Assembly: GCF_006345805.1 (NCBI RefSeq)
Contig: NW_021824185.1
Span: forward strand, 1 to 19,748
DNA: 19,748 nucleotides
DNA from: Octopus sinensis
Lineage: Eukaryota
Direction of reading: 5' to 3'
Notes under the pieces: model-generated
What the model saw: the letters and a program-made list of their open reading frames with translations, nothing else
Databases searched by the model: none
What the model was told of the DNA's origin: nothing
Program-made: the position numbers and the translations under genes
Shown: positions 9,675-19,672 of the stretch, piece after piece
Position numbering within the stretch: position 1 is the first letter of the stretch
How the letters are laid out: each line of letters opens with the position of its first letter

Positions 9675-10310
9675 CGTTTTGAAATTTTACGATACATAAA
9701 TGGCATCAAAAACATTAATATGGAACTAAAACCTATGATAATCGATCGTGACATTCACGTAGCAACAATTCAAGAAGCATTCTTGTTACTTCAGCACAGA
9801 ACACCAGTTTCATTCATAATATTGCCACAAAGAACACCACTATTCCAATTATAACAGAGATCAAATTAGACAAATCCTTTCACCGCATGGGAGGTCTCAC
9901 GACATATAATAATATATTTAAAAATTTTTAAAAAACCTGCATCTAATACATAGATAACACAAACGGTGACGATACGACATCACAATGCCGGCTTTCAAAA
10001 TATGACCCAATCATACAAAGTACAAGAATATGGTTTTATACATACATATATATAAATATATATATATATATGTATATATATATGCATGTAGGCAGAGATG
10101 TATGGATGTATATTTCAGCACCAACCACATCAACGGTCCTAACAATACGTTACACACAGTAACTGCAGCATGTTAACACTCATACAAGCACCTTCATTGT
10201 AGGAGGCATTCCATGCACTCAACACCTTCTTACTTTCAAATAATACAGATAACAAAAGTGGGACTTCATCAGCATTACAACAAAACTTCTTTTACATCGT
10301 AAAGAATCTG
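9675..10310 (+). mobile_element. Degenerate non-LTR retrotransposon APE-endonuclease remnant, interrupted by a (TA)n tract
   Basis: Frame from 9675 reads RFEILRYINGIKNINMELKPMIIDRDIHVATIQEAFL (N-x-NG and I-Q-E motifs of L1-type EEP endonucleases). Downstream GGLTTY and TFIVG(G)..FHA resemble decayed GG and GDFNA motifs; stops and frameshifts are present. Confidence 0.6.
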
Positions 10311-10599
10311 CACTACAACAGACACACACACACACAGAGTTTCACACACACAGAGTCTCACACACAGAGTCACACACACACAGACACAAACACACACAGA
10401 CACACACACACACAGAGTCACACACACACATACACAAACACACATACACATACACACATATAACTCATCACTCTAAGTAAAGCAACGTTGCTGTCCCCAA
10501 CATAAGCTGTGTCATAAATATATCCAACAAAATAAGGCATATCATACAAGGCATTCTCTGACATGCAGTTACAGTACACACTAAAAACCAACGTTATTA

Positions 10600-11129
10600 A
10601 ATCCAAAGAAGAAGAAGAAGAAACGCAGCAAGAAACAGAAGAAGTTGTCGACCAAACTGGCTTGACTTTTGAACAGCTGGCCAAGCTCTGCAACCTGGCT
10701 AAAGAATTGAAAGAGGGGTCACACGAATGGGACGACGATATGGTTCCTGCTGCTTACTACTACGGCTGCACCTTCGGAAGAAGTGAAAGAGGTGTCCCAG
10801 GAAAGGGTACCGCCGTCAGCTTCATCATCATTATTTCTACTGCGCAGCAAATTCATCACCATCATCATTCAAATTTTACTTCAACTTCCTTCGTGTTGAG
10901 TACAGTAACAATCTTTATATTTTTTTCATCTAAAGTGTTATTGTTTAACAGTTGTCCTAGTTATTAACAGACAACTGAAATGGGTGGATTGTTAACAGTA
11001 CAGGGAGGGTTTTAAAAGTCCAAATACACGTTAAATAAATACTGTAAATATGGTGTCCCTACTTCGCGGAAATTCATTTATCGCGGCCGGTCTCGGAACC
11101 AATCTACCGCGATAAACGAGGGATGACTG
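10600..11129 (+). mobile_element. 3' remnant of a Tigger/pogo-like (Tc1-mariner) DNA transposon with right TIR
   Basis: An acidic transposase C-terminal-like segment EEEEETQQETEEVVDQTGLTFEQLAKLCNLAKELKEGSHEWDDDMV. Terminal CCGCGATAAACGAGGGATGACTG (11107-11129) is followed by TA, with a subterminal inverted TTTATCGCGG at 11077-11086. No left TIR was found. Confidence 0.75.
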
Positions 11130-11201
11130 TATACCATTACACACATTGTTGCAATGTGTTCATCCCTACATTTAAAACAATACGGTAAGGATTGTTATGA
11201 T

Positions 11202-11527
11202 GAAGGCGCATGGCTCAGTGGTTAGGGCTTTCGGCTCACATTCATGAGGTAGTGAGTTGTATTCTAGAGCAGGATACTTTATCTCACGTTGCTCTAGTTC
11301 ACTCAGCTGTAGAAATGGGTTTCGACGTCACTGGTGCCAAGCTGTATCGCCCTTCACTTTTCCATTGGATAACATCGGTGGCGATGAGAGGGGAAGCTGG
11401 TAAGCATGGGTGATTACTGCTCTTCCATAGACATCCTTGTGCCCTGACTTGTGCGTGGGAGGATAAATTTCTAGGCGCAATTCCATTGGCTATCCTTGAC
11501 AGAAGGGGCTCTTTAAACTTTTACCCT
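11202..11527 (+). mobile_element. tRNA-derived SINE, family 4
   Basis: A-box head GGCGCATGGCTCAGTGGTTAGGGC with a decayed B box, then GTTGCTCTAGTTCACTCAGCTGTAGAAATGGG (resembles Nin/Deu-type central domains, from memory). Confidence 0.65.
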
Positions 11528-11734
11528 AGGGATTGGTATGCGGGAGAATTAATGAGAATTTTAGTAGGTCGAACGATCCGTAGAGTTTTCCACCTTCGCT
11601 CACGTGTATGCATGCTTCTGTGTGAGGGCAGCTAAATAATGTCTGCTTTCATCTTTGCGTGTATTGATTATAGATATTTGCAAGCATACCTTTCTATTCT
11701 TGTGTTTTTCTTTTTATCTCTTTATATAAGTATT

Positions 11735-12178
11735 TATTTCCTTTTACCTTTTTCAGTTATTAGACTGTGGCCAAACTGGGGCAACATCATGAAAGGAAAG
11801 CTCAAACAAATCGACCATAGAAAATATATATACTCTTGTAGTACGGTGTTTGTTCACAGGAAATTAAACAAACCAATGCCGGTTATCAAGAGATGATGGT
11901 GGGGCAAATACAAAGACACAAACGCATACACATGAGTATATGAATATATATGTGAATACACGCATACACACACGTATATGCTTTCGGTGCGAATGCTTTT
12001 ATGCGGTGCCGTTTTTACAATCCTGTAAGTAACAATAATGGTATTTTTATATAAGCTTAAAGCTTCTGGTGATCACCATGCAATGACTAAGGAAATAGTC
12101 TAATAAAGGGGCATATAAGCCCTCGACAGAGAAAATAGAAGGCTTTCCTATCTGTGTGGGATAGGGAAGCCTTCTTAT

Positions 12179-12250
<72 letters not shown>

Positions 12251-12416
12251 ATATATTTGCGGCAGCTTCTTTCAGTTTTCTGCTTACCAAATACACTTGC
12301 AGGACTTTGGTCGCCCCGAGATTTATATTAAAATGAACTTGCTCAAGGTACCACGCAGTTGAACTGAATCCCGAAACATGAGATAGGGAAGGAAACATCT
12401 GAATCACAGAGCCGTG
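11735..12416 (-). mobile_element. Diverged CORE-type SINE split by an insertion in its central microsatellite
   Basis: The 3' half (11735-11930, TTTCAGTTATTAGACTGTGGCCAAACTGGGGCAAC) and 5' half (12258-12416, ACTTGCTCAAGGTACCACGCAG) are collinear with 6136-6528. Confidence 0.6.
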
Positions 12417-13989
12417 TGTGTTTATGTGTATGCGTGCCTAAACACATGTGTGTGCGCGGGCGTGTGTGTGTGTGCGTGTGTACCGGTGAGTATATATAGG
12501 TGTGTGTATGTATATGTATATGTACATACACATACACCGTGTTTCAAAGAAGTGAACGATATATATCTATGCTATATTTCGTGTACCTGACTTGAAAATA
12601 AAAATAGAAAAAAAAAAAAAAGAAATTGCTTGTGTCATTGAGTATAGCAAGTGATGCGTCAATAATGGGACACCCACCCGGGGTACATTCAATAGTGACT
12701 ACCAACACGCAAACACCCTGTTACGGTGTCATCTCATGCGCATGAGGCGTGTGCCGAAGTTTGTCGTGTTTGTTGCTGTTGTCAGTTTTTGTTGATGTCA
12801 TGTACATTTACGCATCTCTCTTACATACATACATGCATACATGCACACACACACACGCACACACACACAGCTATGTATGTATGCGTATGCATATATAGAA
12901 AAGGAACACGTATATTTACCCCTTAGTTAGAGAAGGAAGGGCAGTACCTATGATCCTGTACTTCTTTCAGGGCCTTCATGAGTGGTGAGAGAAAGAGAAG
13001 ACGATGGCTTCAAAGCAGACACCTGGTCTACGTGTCTGCAACAATGGAAATGCCGCATAACGCACCTAAGGGCCAGATGGGAATGTTAAACAGAAGGTTC
13101 CCTTTGCTTAAGGATTCAGAACAAAGAACAAATATTGCCTTGCGTTTAAACCCTATCTACGCTTCTAACATATTTGCGAGCACACACACATGCAAACACA
13201 CTCACAACACACACACATACATACACATATAGCATTTAATTAAAAGTTAGAGGTAAATAAGATGTAATTCGGTTTGTTTACAGCTGTTTCGTATTTCACT
13301 TTTAGTTATATCATTGATTCTGAATTCATGGTGCATTCTTATTCTATGAACATTATACACTTCACTGACGACTTAAAACAAACACACACATACACACACA
13401 CAAGCACAAACCCACACACACACAACTGCACATAAAAACTAGTGGGGTTAGCGGCGCAGGTGGTGGTTCTTCTTTAAAGTGTCTGAGTGTGAAATACTGA
13501 TTGTGTATGCAGGGAGAGAGGGTTTCTGTATGATATTTTGTTGACTGTATGATATTTTGTTTTTCGGTAATATATTAGCAGCATACAGAGAAAAAAAGAA
13601 ATGCGTGGATATGAATACTGGCTACGTTTTAACTACCGCCCATCTAAACTAATGGGCAAAGTCAAGAGGGAAAAGAAAAAGATACTAACCCGAAGTCATC
13701 TTAAAGGATGATGCATAAGAAAAAAAGAAGTAACCAGATATTCATAATTTGCACCCAATAAAAATCAACGCCAGAGACTGCGGCGATCTGTAGCGAGAAC
13801 ATGGAAATGTGACTACACAGATGACCAAAACGCAGGGCAAAAACGTTGAAGCCTTCGTAGGAAAGATAGGAGGAGAAATATCCAAGGAGAGAAATAACAT
13901 TGAGAAGATTAAGAACTATGTAAGAAATTTTTTTCTTTTTCTGTCTCTCTCAATCATCCCTTCGTTTCTATACGCTCTTTTACTCTTTA

Positions 13990-14057
13990 TTCGACTAAAA
14001 ATTCTTGAAGACTGTGCCCCAGTATGACCGCAGGCTATTAACTGAAACAAGTAAAAG
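13990..14057 (+). mobile_element. 3' tail fragment of the CORE-type SINE
   Basis: GTGCCCCAGTATGACCGCAG..ACTGAAACAAGTAAAAG matches 18697-18745 and the LINE 3' end at 17298-17335. Confidence 0.65.
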
Positions 14058-14087
14058 GTATATGTACAAGCATACACATACATAAGC

Positions 14088-14306
14088 AAGGCGGCGAGCT
14101 GGCAGAAACGTTAGCACGCCGGGCGAAATGCGTAGCCGTATTTCGTCTGCCGTTACGTTCTGAGTTCAAATTCCGCCGAGGTCGACTTTGCCTTTCATCC
14201 TTTCGGGGTCGATAAATTAAGTACCAGTTACGCCCTCGGGTCGATGTAATCGACATAATCCGTTTGTCCCCTCTGTGTTTAGCCCCTTGTGGGCAGTAGT
14301 GAAATA
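14088..14306 (+). mobile_element. Full-length Meta-domain-like tRNA SINE with probable 11-bp TSD
   Basis: Near-identical to the reverse complement of 724-956, with a short internal deletion in the tail. Flanks CATACATAAGC (14077-14087) and CATACACAAGC (14307-14317). Confidence 0.92.
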
Positions 14307-14412
14307 CATACACAAGCGCGACCATACACACACACATTGACACACTCACACACACATTTATGCATATAATACGCAAGGTGATGCCAATAAATGAAAATAG
14401 AGAGGAAAGATA

Positions 14413-14576
14413 ATCTTTTCTACTCTAGGCACAAGGCCCGAAATTTTGGTGGGAGGGGGAAGTCAATTATATCGTCCCCAGCACGCAACTGGTACTTAAT
14501 TTAACGACTCCAGATAAGATGAAAGGTAACGTCGACCTCTGTCGAATTTGAACTCAGAACGTAAAGGCAGACGAAA
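14413..14576 (-). mobile_element. Meta-domain-like SINE variant with alternative 3' tail, 5'-truncated
   Basis: Shares the B box and body (AACTGGTACTTAATTT..GATGAAAGG..GTCGACCTC..GAATTTGAACTCAGAACGT) but has tail CTAGGCACAAGGCCCGAAATTTTGG instead of CCCACAAGGGGCTAAAC. Confidence 0.75.
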
Positions 14577-15021
14577 AGATATTGTACTACCTTATGTAAC
14601 ATGCTTAACGACCCTATAGAATTTCAGAAAAGATGTCCCTTTTTAAATAGCAGATTAAAATAATCAGAGTTTAGAGAAAAATGTTGTGACCAGTAGGCTG
14701 TTCTTCTATATGAAGCGGACACGCCAAACAAGATGTGTAATATCTTGCCTTCTTTTACACACGCACTATCTCACCTGCATTGCTTGGATGATTGTCTACA
14801 AACATTTAAAACCTTCACAGATGTATATTTATCATAAATCAATCAGTTAGTCATTCAATCAATCTGTTTATCTAACTACCTATCTATCGATATATCTGTC
14901 TTTGTCCGTCAGTCTTTCTCTCTTGTCTCTCTCTGTCTGTCTCTCCCCCTCTCTCCGCCTCTCTCTCCTTCTCTCTCTCTCCTCTGAGATACGCATATAT
15001 GTGGACGCATATATGTCAATG

Positions 15022-15276
15022 TTGTTGTTTGTTCCTTCTCGAGCCATGCCTGGCTCATAGGGCCGGATTCCCGGTTTCTTGGAGTATAGGTTCCCCACCT
15101 GGATGGGACGCCGGTCCATCGCAGGTGAGCTGCAAGAGGAAAGAGTGAGAGAAAGTTGTGGCGAAAGAGTAAGCAGAAGTTCCGCCATTACCTTCTGCCG
15201 GAGCCGATCTGAGATTCGAACCTGCGATCCCTCGACCGCGAGTCCGTTGCTCTAACCACTAGGCCATGTGCCTCCA
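15022..15276 (-). mobile_element. tRNA-derived SINE, family 3, tail type C, with 14-bp target-site duplication
   Basis: Head TGGAGGCACATGGCCTAGTGGTTAGAGC..GGTTCGAATC, body GGCTCCGGCAG..TACTCTTTCGCCACAACTTTCTCTCACTC. Perfect TSD CATATATGTCAATG at 15008-15021 and 15277-15290. Confidence 0.9.
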
Positions 15277-15675
15277 CATATATGTCAATGCATGTATGTA
15301 TTTACATACACAAGCAAATCTGCAGTTATACATACATATATTCTCTAACATATACTAACATATATGTGTGTATGTACAGTTACTTGGTTATTATCTTTAT
15401 CAACAGAAACGACCTTACTACCACCATTACTATCTGCAACATCACACACAATTTCAATGGATAAACACAAACATATGCTATGAAATATAACCAAGCTAAA
15501 CAAATGATGTTTTGGCTTCGTTTAATAATCACAAGTCTGTGACTAGTAATTTTACTAAAGATATATCGTTAAAACAAGAAACTGTGGCCCCCAAAGTTTT
15601 GACTCTAAAACTTAATTGGTTTATATAAAAGAAATGTTTACTACAAACATGTTACGTCAATATATGAACGTGTGT

Positions 15676-15711
<36 letters not shown>

Positions 15712-15743
15712 TATATATATATATATATGCACACACAGAGGGA

Positions 15744-15774
<31 letters not shown>

Positions 15775-16013
15775 GAAATAGATAGATGGACAGAGGGCTA
15801 TGGGTAAGTTGTGTGGAGAACGATTTACTATTGTGGGTGGCAAGCTAATATATTTGATTCGAGATACTAACGTTGGTGGCATGTTTTTTGATAAATATTG
15901 TTATATTTTTGTGTTTGTGTACGTGTGTGTGCGCAAATGTGAGTTAGTGGGTGGCCTATATACTGAGGGAGATTCCATGTGCAGGTAAATGTATATATGC
16001 GCATAGAAGGTAC

Positions 16014-16054
<41 letters not shown>

Positions 16055-16057
16055 GTG

Positions 16058-16090
<33 letters not shown>

Positions 16091-16270
16091 AGTATGTCTA
16101 TAAAACACCACACGATACATACAAACATACACCATACAGATACACACAACCACACATATATCGATAGGCATATAGGTAGATTGGCAGATAAAAGATATGT
16201 ATAGATATTCAAAGGCACCATATACATATAGTAATATATTAATATCTAATAAAACCATTACCTACGACAT

Positions 16271-16308
<38 letters not shown>

Positions 16309-16749
16309 AGGGAGAGGGAAAGGATTAAAAATAGTTATAGTGAGGCATTGACAAATGTCTATAGAATTTGACAATCTATTAACATTTAGGAATTCTTTCA
16401 AGTCACGGGGAATTATGTGTTCATGGATGTGTGTGTGTATATATATATATACATACGTACATACATACAATGATCCTGTTCTGTGTGTGTGTGTCCTCCT
16501 TTGATTTCTGTAGGCAATATGTCATGATTATTTATACCACTTATAAAACTACCATGCAACAACATTTAGTGTTATGACATGATGTCTCTAATAAAAAACC
16601 CACCCCTGAGAAATATGCTCATCTATAATCCGTATGGTCTTGTGTTTTGTATTCGTAGAGCAGTTATTTATAAAAATGTCAACACATTACATATAAGAAT
16701 GGCCTATATATGTATATATATATATACATACATACATACTACATATATC

Positions 16750-16782
<33 letters not shown>

Positions 16783-16800
16783 TTATATATATATATAATT

Positions 16801-16922
16801 TTAATCCAAACGGGAAAACAAAAAAACAACAACAATGGAACAATTACAGTATTATTATTAATAGGCGCTCAGGAAATGGAAGCAGGAGGGTATGACGTTT
16901 CGAGCGGAGCTCTTCGTCGGAA
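16801..16922 (-). mobile_element. (TA)n-embedded Penelope-like fragment carrying a variant hammerhead motif
   Basis: Homologous to 2802-2891 and extends to GACGTTTCGAGCGGAGCTCTTCGTCGG; flanked by TA-rich tracts on both sides. Confidence 0.65.
16894..16920 (-). ncRNA. Minimal hammerhead-like motif with U4C core variant
   Basis: Minus strand: CCGACGA-A-GAGC-TCC-GCTC-GAAA-C-GTC. Stem III is a loop-less ACGT palindrome, the triplet is GUC, and stem I is essentially unpaired in this copy. Confidence 0.5.
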
Positions 16923-17285
16923 TTATATAATATATATATATATATGCACACACACACACTCACACCTATATACAGTTCCTATGCGTGTTTTCTCCCTTGT
17001 GGTAGGTAATCCAATAAAGTGTTCCCTGAGGATTCGTTGTGTTTGAGCATCTGGATGCAGTTGAAACTCCATCGCAAAGCTTCACAGAATTATAACAGTG
17101 AACTACGCGCAGGAACTTTGATATAAATCAATGTTTCACCGCATTTTCTATACATTTGCTACGTAATTCGTAACTGGTAGCACTACTAAGTATAGCAATT
17201 AATTAACATCTATAATTGAAACAGACTAGATTATGTAAAGAATAAAGTTTAATAACAAATCCATCTTTTCATTACTAATATAATA

Positions 17286-18583
17286 TCTATTTATCTAGTT
17301 TCAGCTCACAGCTGTGGCCATGCTGGGGCACCGCCATTTGGTTGTTGCTACATGATTTTACTTCACGAATGCCCTCTACAATTGCCATTTGGTGCATGAT
17401 AGAGTTTGATGCAGCTGCCCTCATCTGCACCTCCTGCTGTGAAGTTGTTTCATCTGGGACACCTGATAAGAAGAGATCCAGTTTCATTTTAAAGATATCT
17501 GCATCCACCACTATGCAGGTCTCTTAGGTTCTTCGGGAGGATATTTAAGAGCTGTGGGCCTCGGAAGCCCGGCTATCACAGTATCTAGTTCTACACTTGA
17601 TGGCAAATTTGGAGTCCTTGGCACTATGCAGTGCGCCCAGTTCTGGCATTTGTGTAACTCTCGATGCCAAAGTTTGGGACAAGTCCTTCTAGGATCTTCC
17701 AGATGTATATTATGGCATATCTTTCTCGCCTACGCTCTAAGATAGAGTCTCAATCTCTTGAGTCTTTCCCATAGCTTATATGCTGCACAGAGGCTATCTT
17801 CGTGTAGCTTCGTTGGATCGCCTCAAGTTCTGTGATTAATTTGACACTGGATGGTGACCATAGCTGAGAGCAATATCAAAGTGGCTTAGGACAAGTGTCC
17901 TCCAGAGGACCATCATGGTTTCCTGGTCTCTTGTTCTGAAGGTTCTAAGAATCCATCCGGTCAGCCGCATACATTTCATTGCCAGTTTAGCAACATGCCA
18001 TGAAAGGTTGCATCATCAACCGAGGTCTCGTACTGATTGTGCTCTGGGATTGCAATCCCTCCAGGTCCAGTGTATTTATTGAGTATTGCATTTAGTTTTG
18101 CGTGCTGATAGCATAGAGCTTGAAACTTTTCAGCATTGAACTGAATGCATTCTTTCAGCCCACTTGTATATTTTGTCCAGCTCACATTGCAGGTGTTTAG
18201 TGTCTTCAGGGTTCTGTATTGCCTGTGAAACTTTTGTATCATCTGCATAACTTGTGACTCGTGCTCTCTGCGTTGCTGAGAGCTTGTCTGAGAGGGCCAT
18301 TATGAACAGTAGTGATCCCAAAACTGTGCCCTGCGGAACACCGCTCACTATTTTGCGTGTTTGTGGAAGTGGCCCCATTGGCTACTACCACCCGACTTCT
18401 GTCTTCAGAAAGTCATGAAGCCATTCTCCCATTTTTCCAACTATGCCAAGATTACGCAGTTGTGACATAGCATTCCATGATCGACTTTATCAAAGGCCTT
18501 TGCAAAGTCGAGATATATGACTTCCACATTTGAGTGGTTGAGCAGTCGTTTCAGCACCCAGTCATAGTGTTGTAGGAGCTGAG

Positions 18584-18584
<1 letters not shown>
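17286..18584 (-). mobile_element. 5'-truncated, frameshifted CR1/L2-group non-LTR retrotransposon (RT C-terminal part plus 3' end)
   Basis: Minus-strand translation gives VIYLDFAKAFDKVDHG, SGVPQGTVLGSLLF, YADDTKV and a C-terminal FKMKLDLFLSGVPDE..RAAASNS. Multiple stops and frameshifts; the 3' end has a (TAGA/TAAA)-like tail. Confidence 0.92.
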
Positions 18585-18615
<31 letters not shown>

Positions 18616-18618
<3 letters not shown>

Positions 18619-18745
18619 CGGTTCGGCAAATGAGATCGATAGAATAAGTACTAGGCTCACAAAGAATAAGTCCTGGAGACGATTTGCTCGACGAAAGGCG
18701 TTGCCGCAGCATGGCCACAGTCAAATGACTGAAACAAATAAAAGA
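18616..18745 (+). mobile_element. 3' half of CORE-type SINE
   Basis: Matches the reverse complement of the 6136-6270 region; ends GCAGCATGGCCACAGTCAAATGACTGAAACAAATAAAAGAG. Confidence 0.8.
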
Positions 18746-18858
18746 GTACAGAGTACATATATATATATATATATATTATTATATATATATGTATGTATAC
18801 ATTACATATATATATGTGTATAATAATATATATATATATATGTATATATATTATAATA

Positions 18859-18901
<43 letters not shown>

Positions 18902-19109
18902 TGAAATAGAAAGATGAATAATCTTGTGGCAGATTAATCAAAAGTTTAAACCGATACCTTGGTAGCAAAATCACAGCAGCAGACGACAGCACGGTTGGAG
19001 GTACAACCATATGGTGGTTGCAACCGTGCGTTGGTGCGGATAATCGAATTTTAATATTATTAGTGAATTGACGAAATGGAGTTGAACGAAGATTGAATAG
19101 AAATCGTTT

Positions 19110-19203
19110 TATTGCATTCTACACGTGTTTTCGAAAGCCACAATTTACCAAATTCCGATTGAATAAGGAGACCATATTGTGTCTTTCTCTTCAGGAAGAA
19201 ATA
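19110..19203 (-). ncRNA. Hammerhead motif, left arm of palindrome 2 (one extra A in the GAAA core)
   Basis: Mirror of 19369-19461 but reads CTTTC-GAAAA-CACGTGTA (TTTT at 19128-19131 on the + strand). Confidence 0.6.
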
Positions 19204-19368
19204 GGAATTCCGTTGGCAAAAACAAAAACAGAACAGAGGCGCAGCAAAACAAATCGAACGAGGCTCCTAAGAGCCATGGCCAAACTGTTTGGCCATGGGC
19301 TCTTGGAGCCTCGTTCGATTTGTTTTGCTGCGCCTCTGTTCTGTTTTTGTTTTTGCCAACGGAATTCC

Positions 19369-19461
19369 TATTTCTTCCTGAAGAGAAAGACACAATATGG
19401 TCTCCTTATTCAATCGGAATTTGGTAAATTGTGGCTTTCGAAACACGTGTAGAATGCAATA
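19369..19461 (+). ncRNA. Type I hammerhead ribozyme motif, right arm of palindrome 2
   Basis: Core CTGAAGA 19378-19384; stem II GAAAG/CTTTC (canonical G10.1-C11.1) plus CACAAT/ATTGTG; GAAA 19440-19443; self-complementary stem III ACACGTGT; GUA triplet with cleavage after 19451. Stem I is TTC/GAA plus TATT/AATA across a 2x3 internal loop. Confidence 0.8.
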
Positions 19462-19511
19462 AAACGATTTCTGTTCAATCTTCGTTCAACTCCATTTCTT
19501 CAATTCACTAA

Positions 19512-19550
<39 letters not shown>

Positions 19551-19638
19551 ATATATATATAGATATATAATATATATATATATATATATAATAGTATATA
19601 TATATGATATATTATATATATATATATATATATATTAG

Positions 19639-19672
<34 letters not shown>

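Larger units (their letters stand above)
18899..19519. mobile_element. Foldback (inverted-duplicated) hammerhead-bearing element 2, embedded in (TA)n
   Basis: A 468-bp palindrome at 19052-19519 centred on T19286 (arms 234/233 nt; 2 substitutions, three 1-nt indels). The left arm continues as a ~153-nt unique tail to 18899; (TA)n lies on both outer flanks. Confidence 0.75.

Noticed and set aside
10563-10967. 134-aa ORF as a host gene
   Set aside because: A chimeric read-through of a deleted Tigger transposase remnant.
11202-11280. tRNA-like heads as real tRNA genes; tandem SINE units as a CRISPR array
   Set aside because: No complete cloverleaf, and the heads continue into SINE bodies; the repeats are 184-bp eukaryotic SINE units without unique spacers.
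12100-12128. CTAATAA-A-GGGGC-ATATAA-GCCCT-C-GACA as a decayed hammerhead
   Set aside because: Needs three core substitutions and has no stem I or III support.
12733-12746. Perfect 14-bp palindrome CTCATGCGCATGAG (NRF1-like core)
   Set aside because: About one such palindrome is expected by chance in 20 kb; no promoter context.
12971-13232. ORF 12978..13232 after acceptor TTCTTTCAG, and ORF 13809..14027 with donor TAT|GTAAGA
   Set aside because: No recognisable protein features, they run into repeats, and there is no consistent exon chain.
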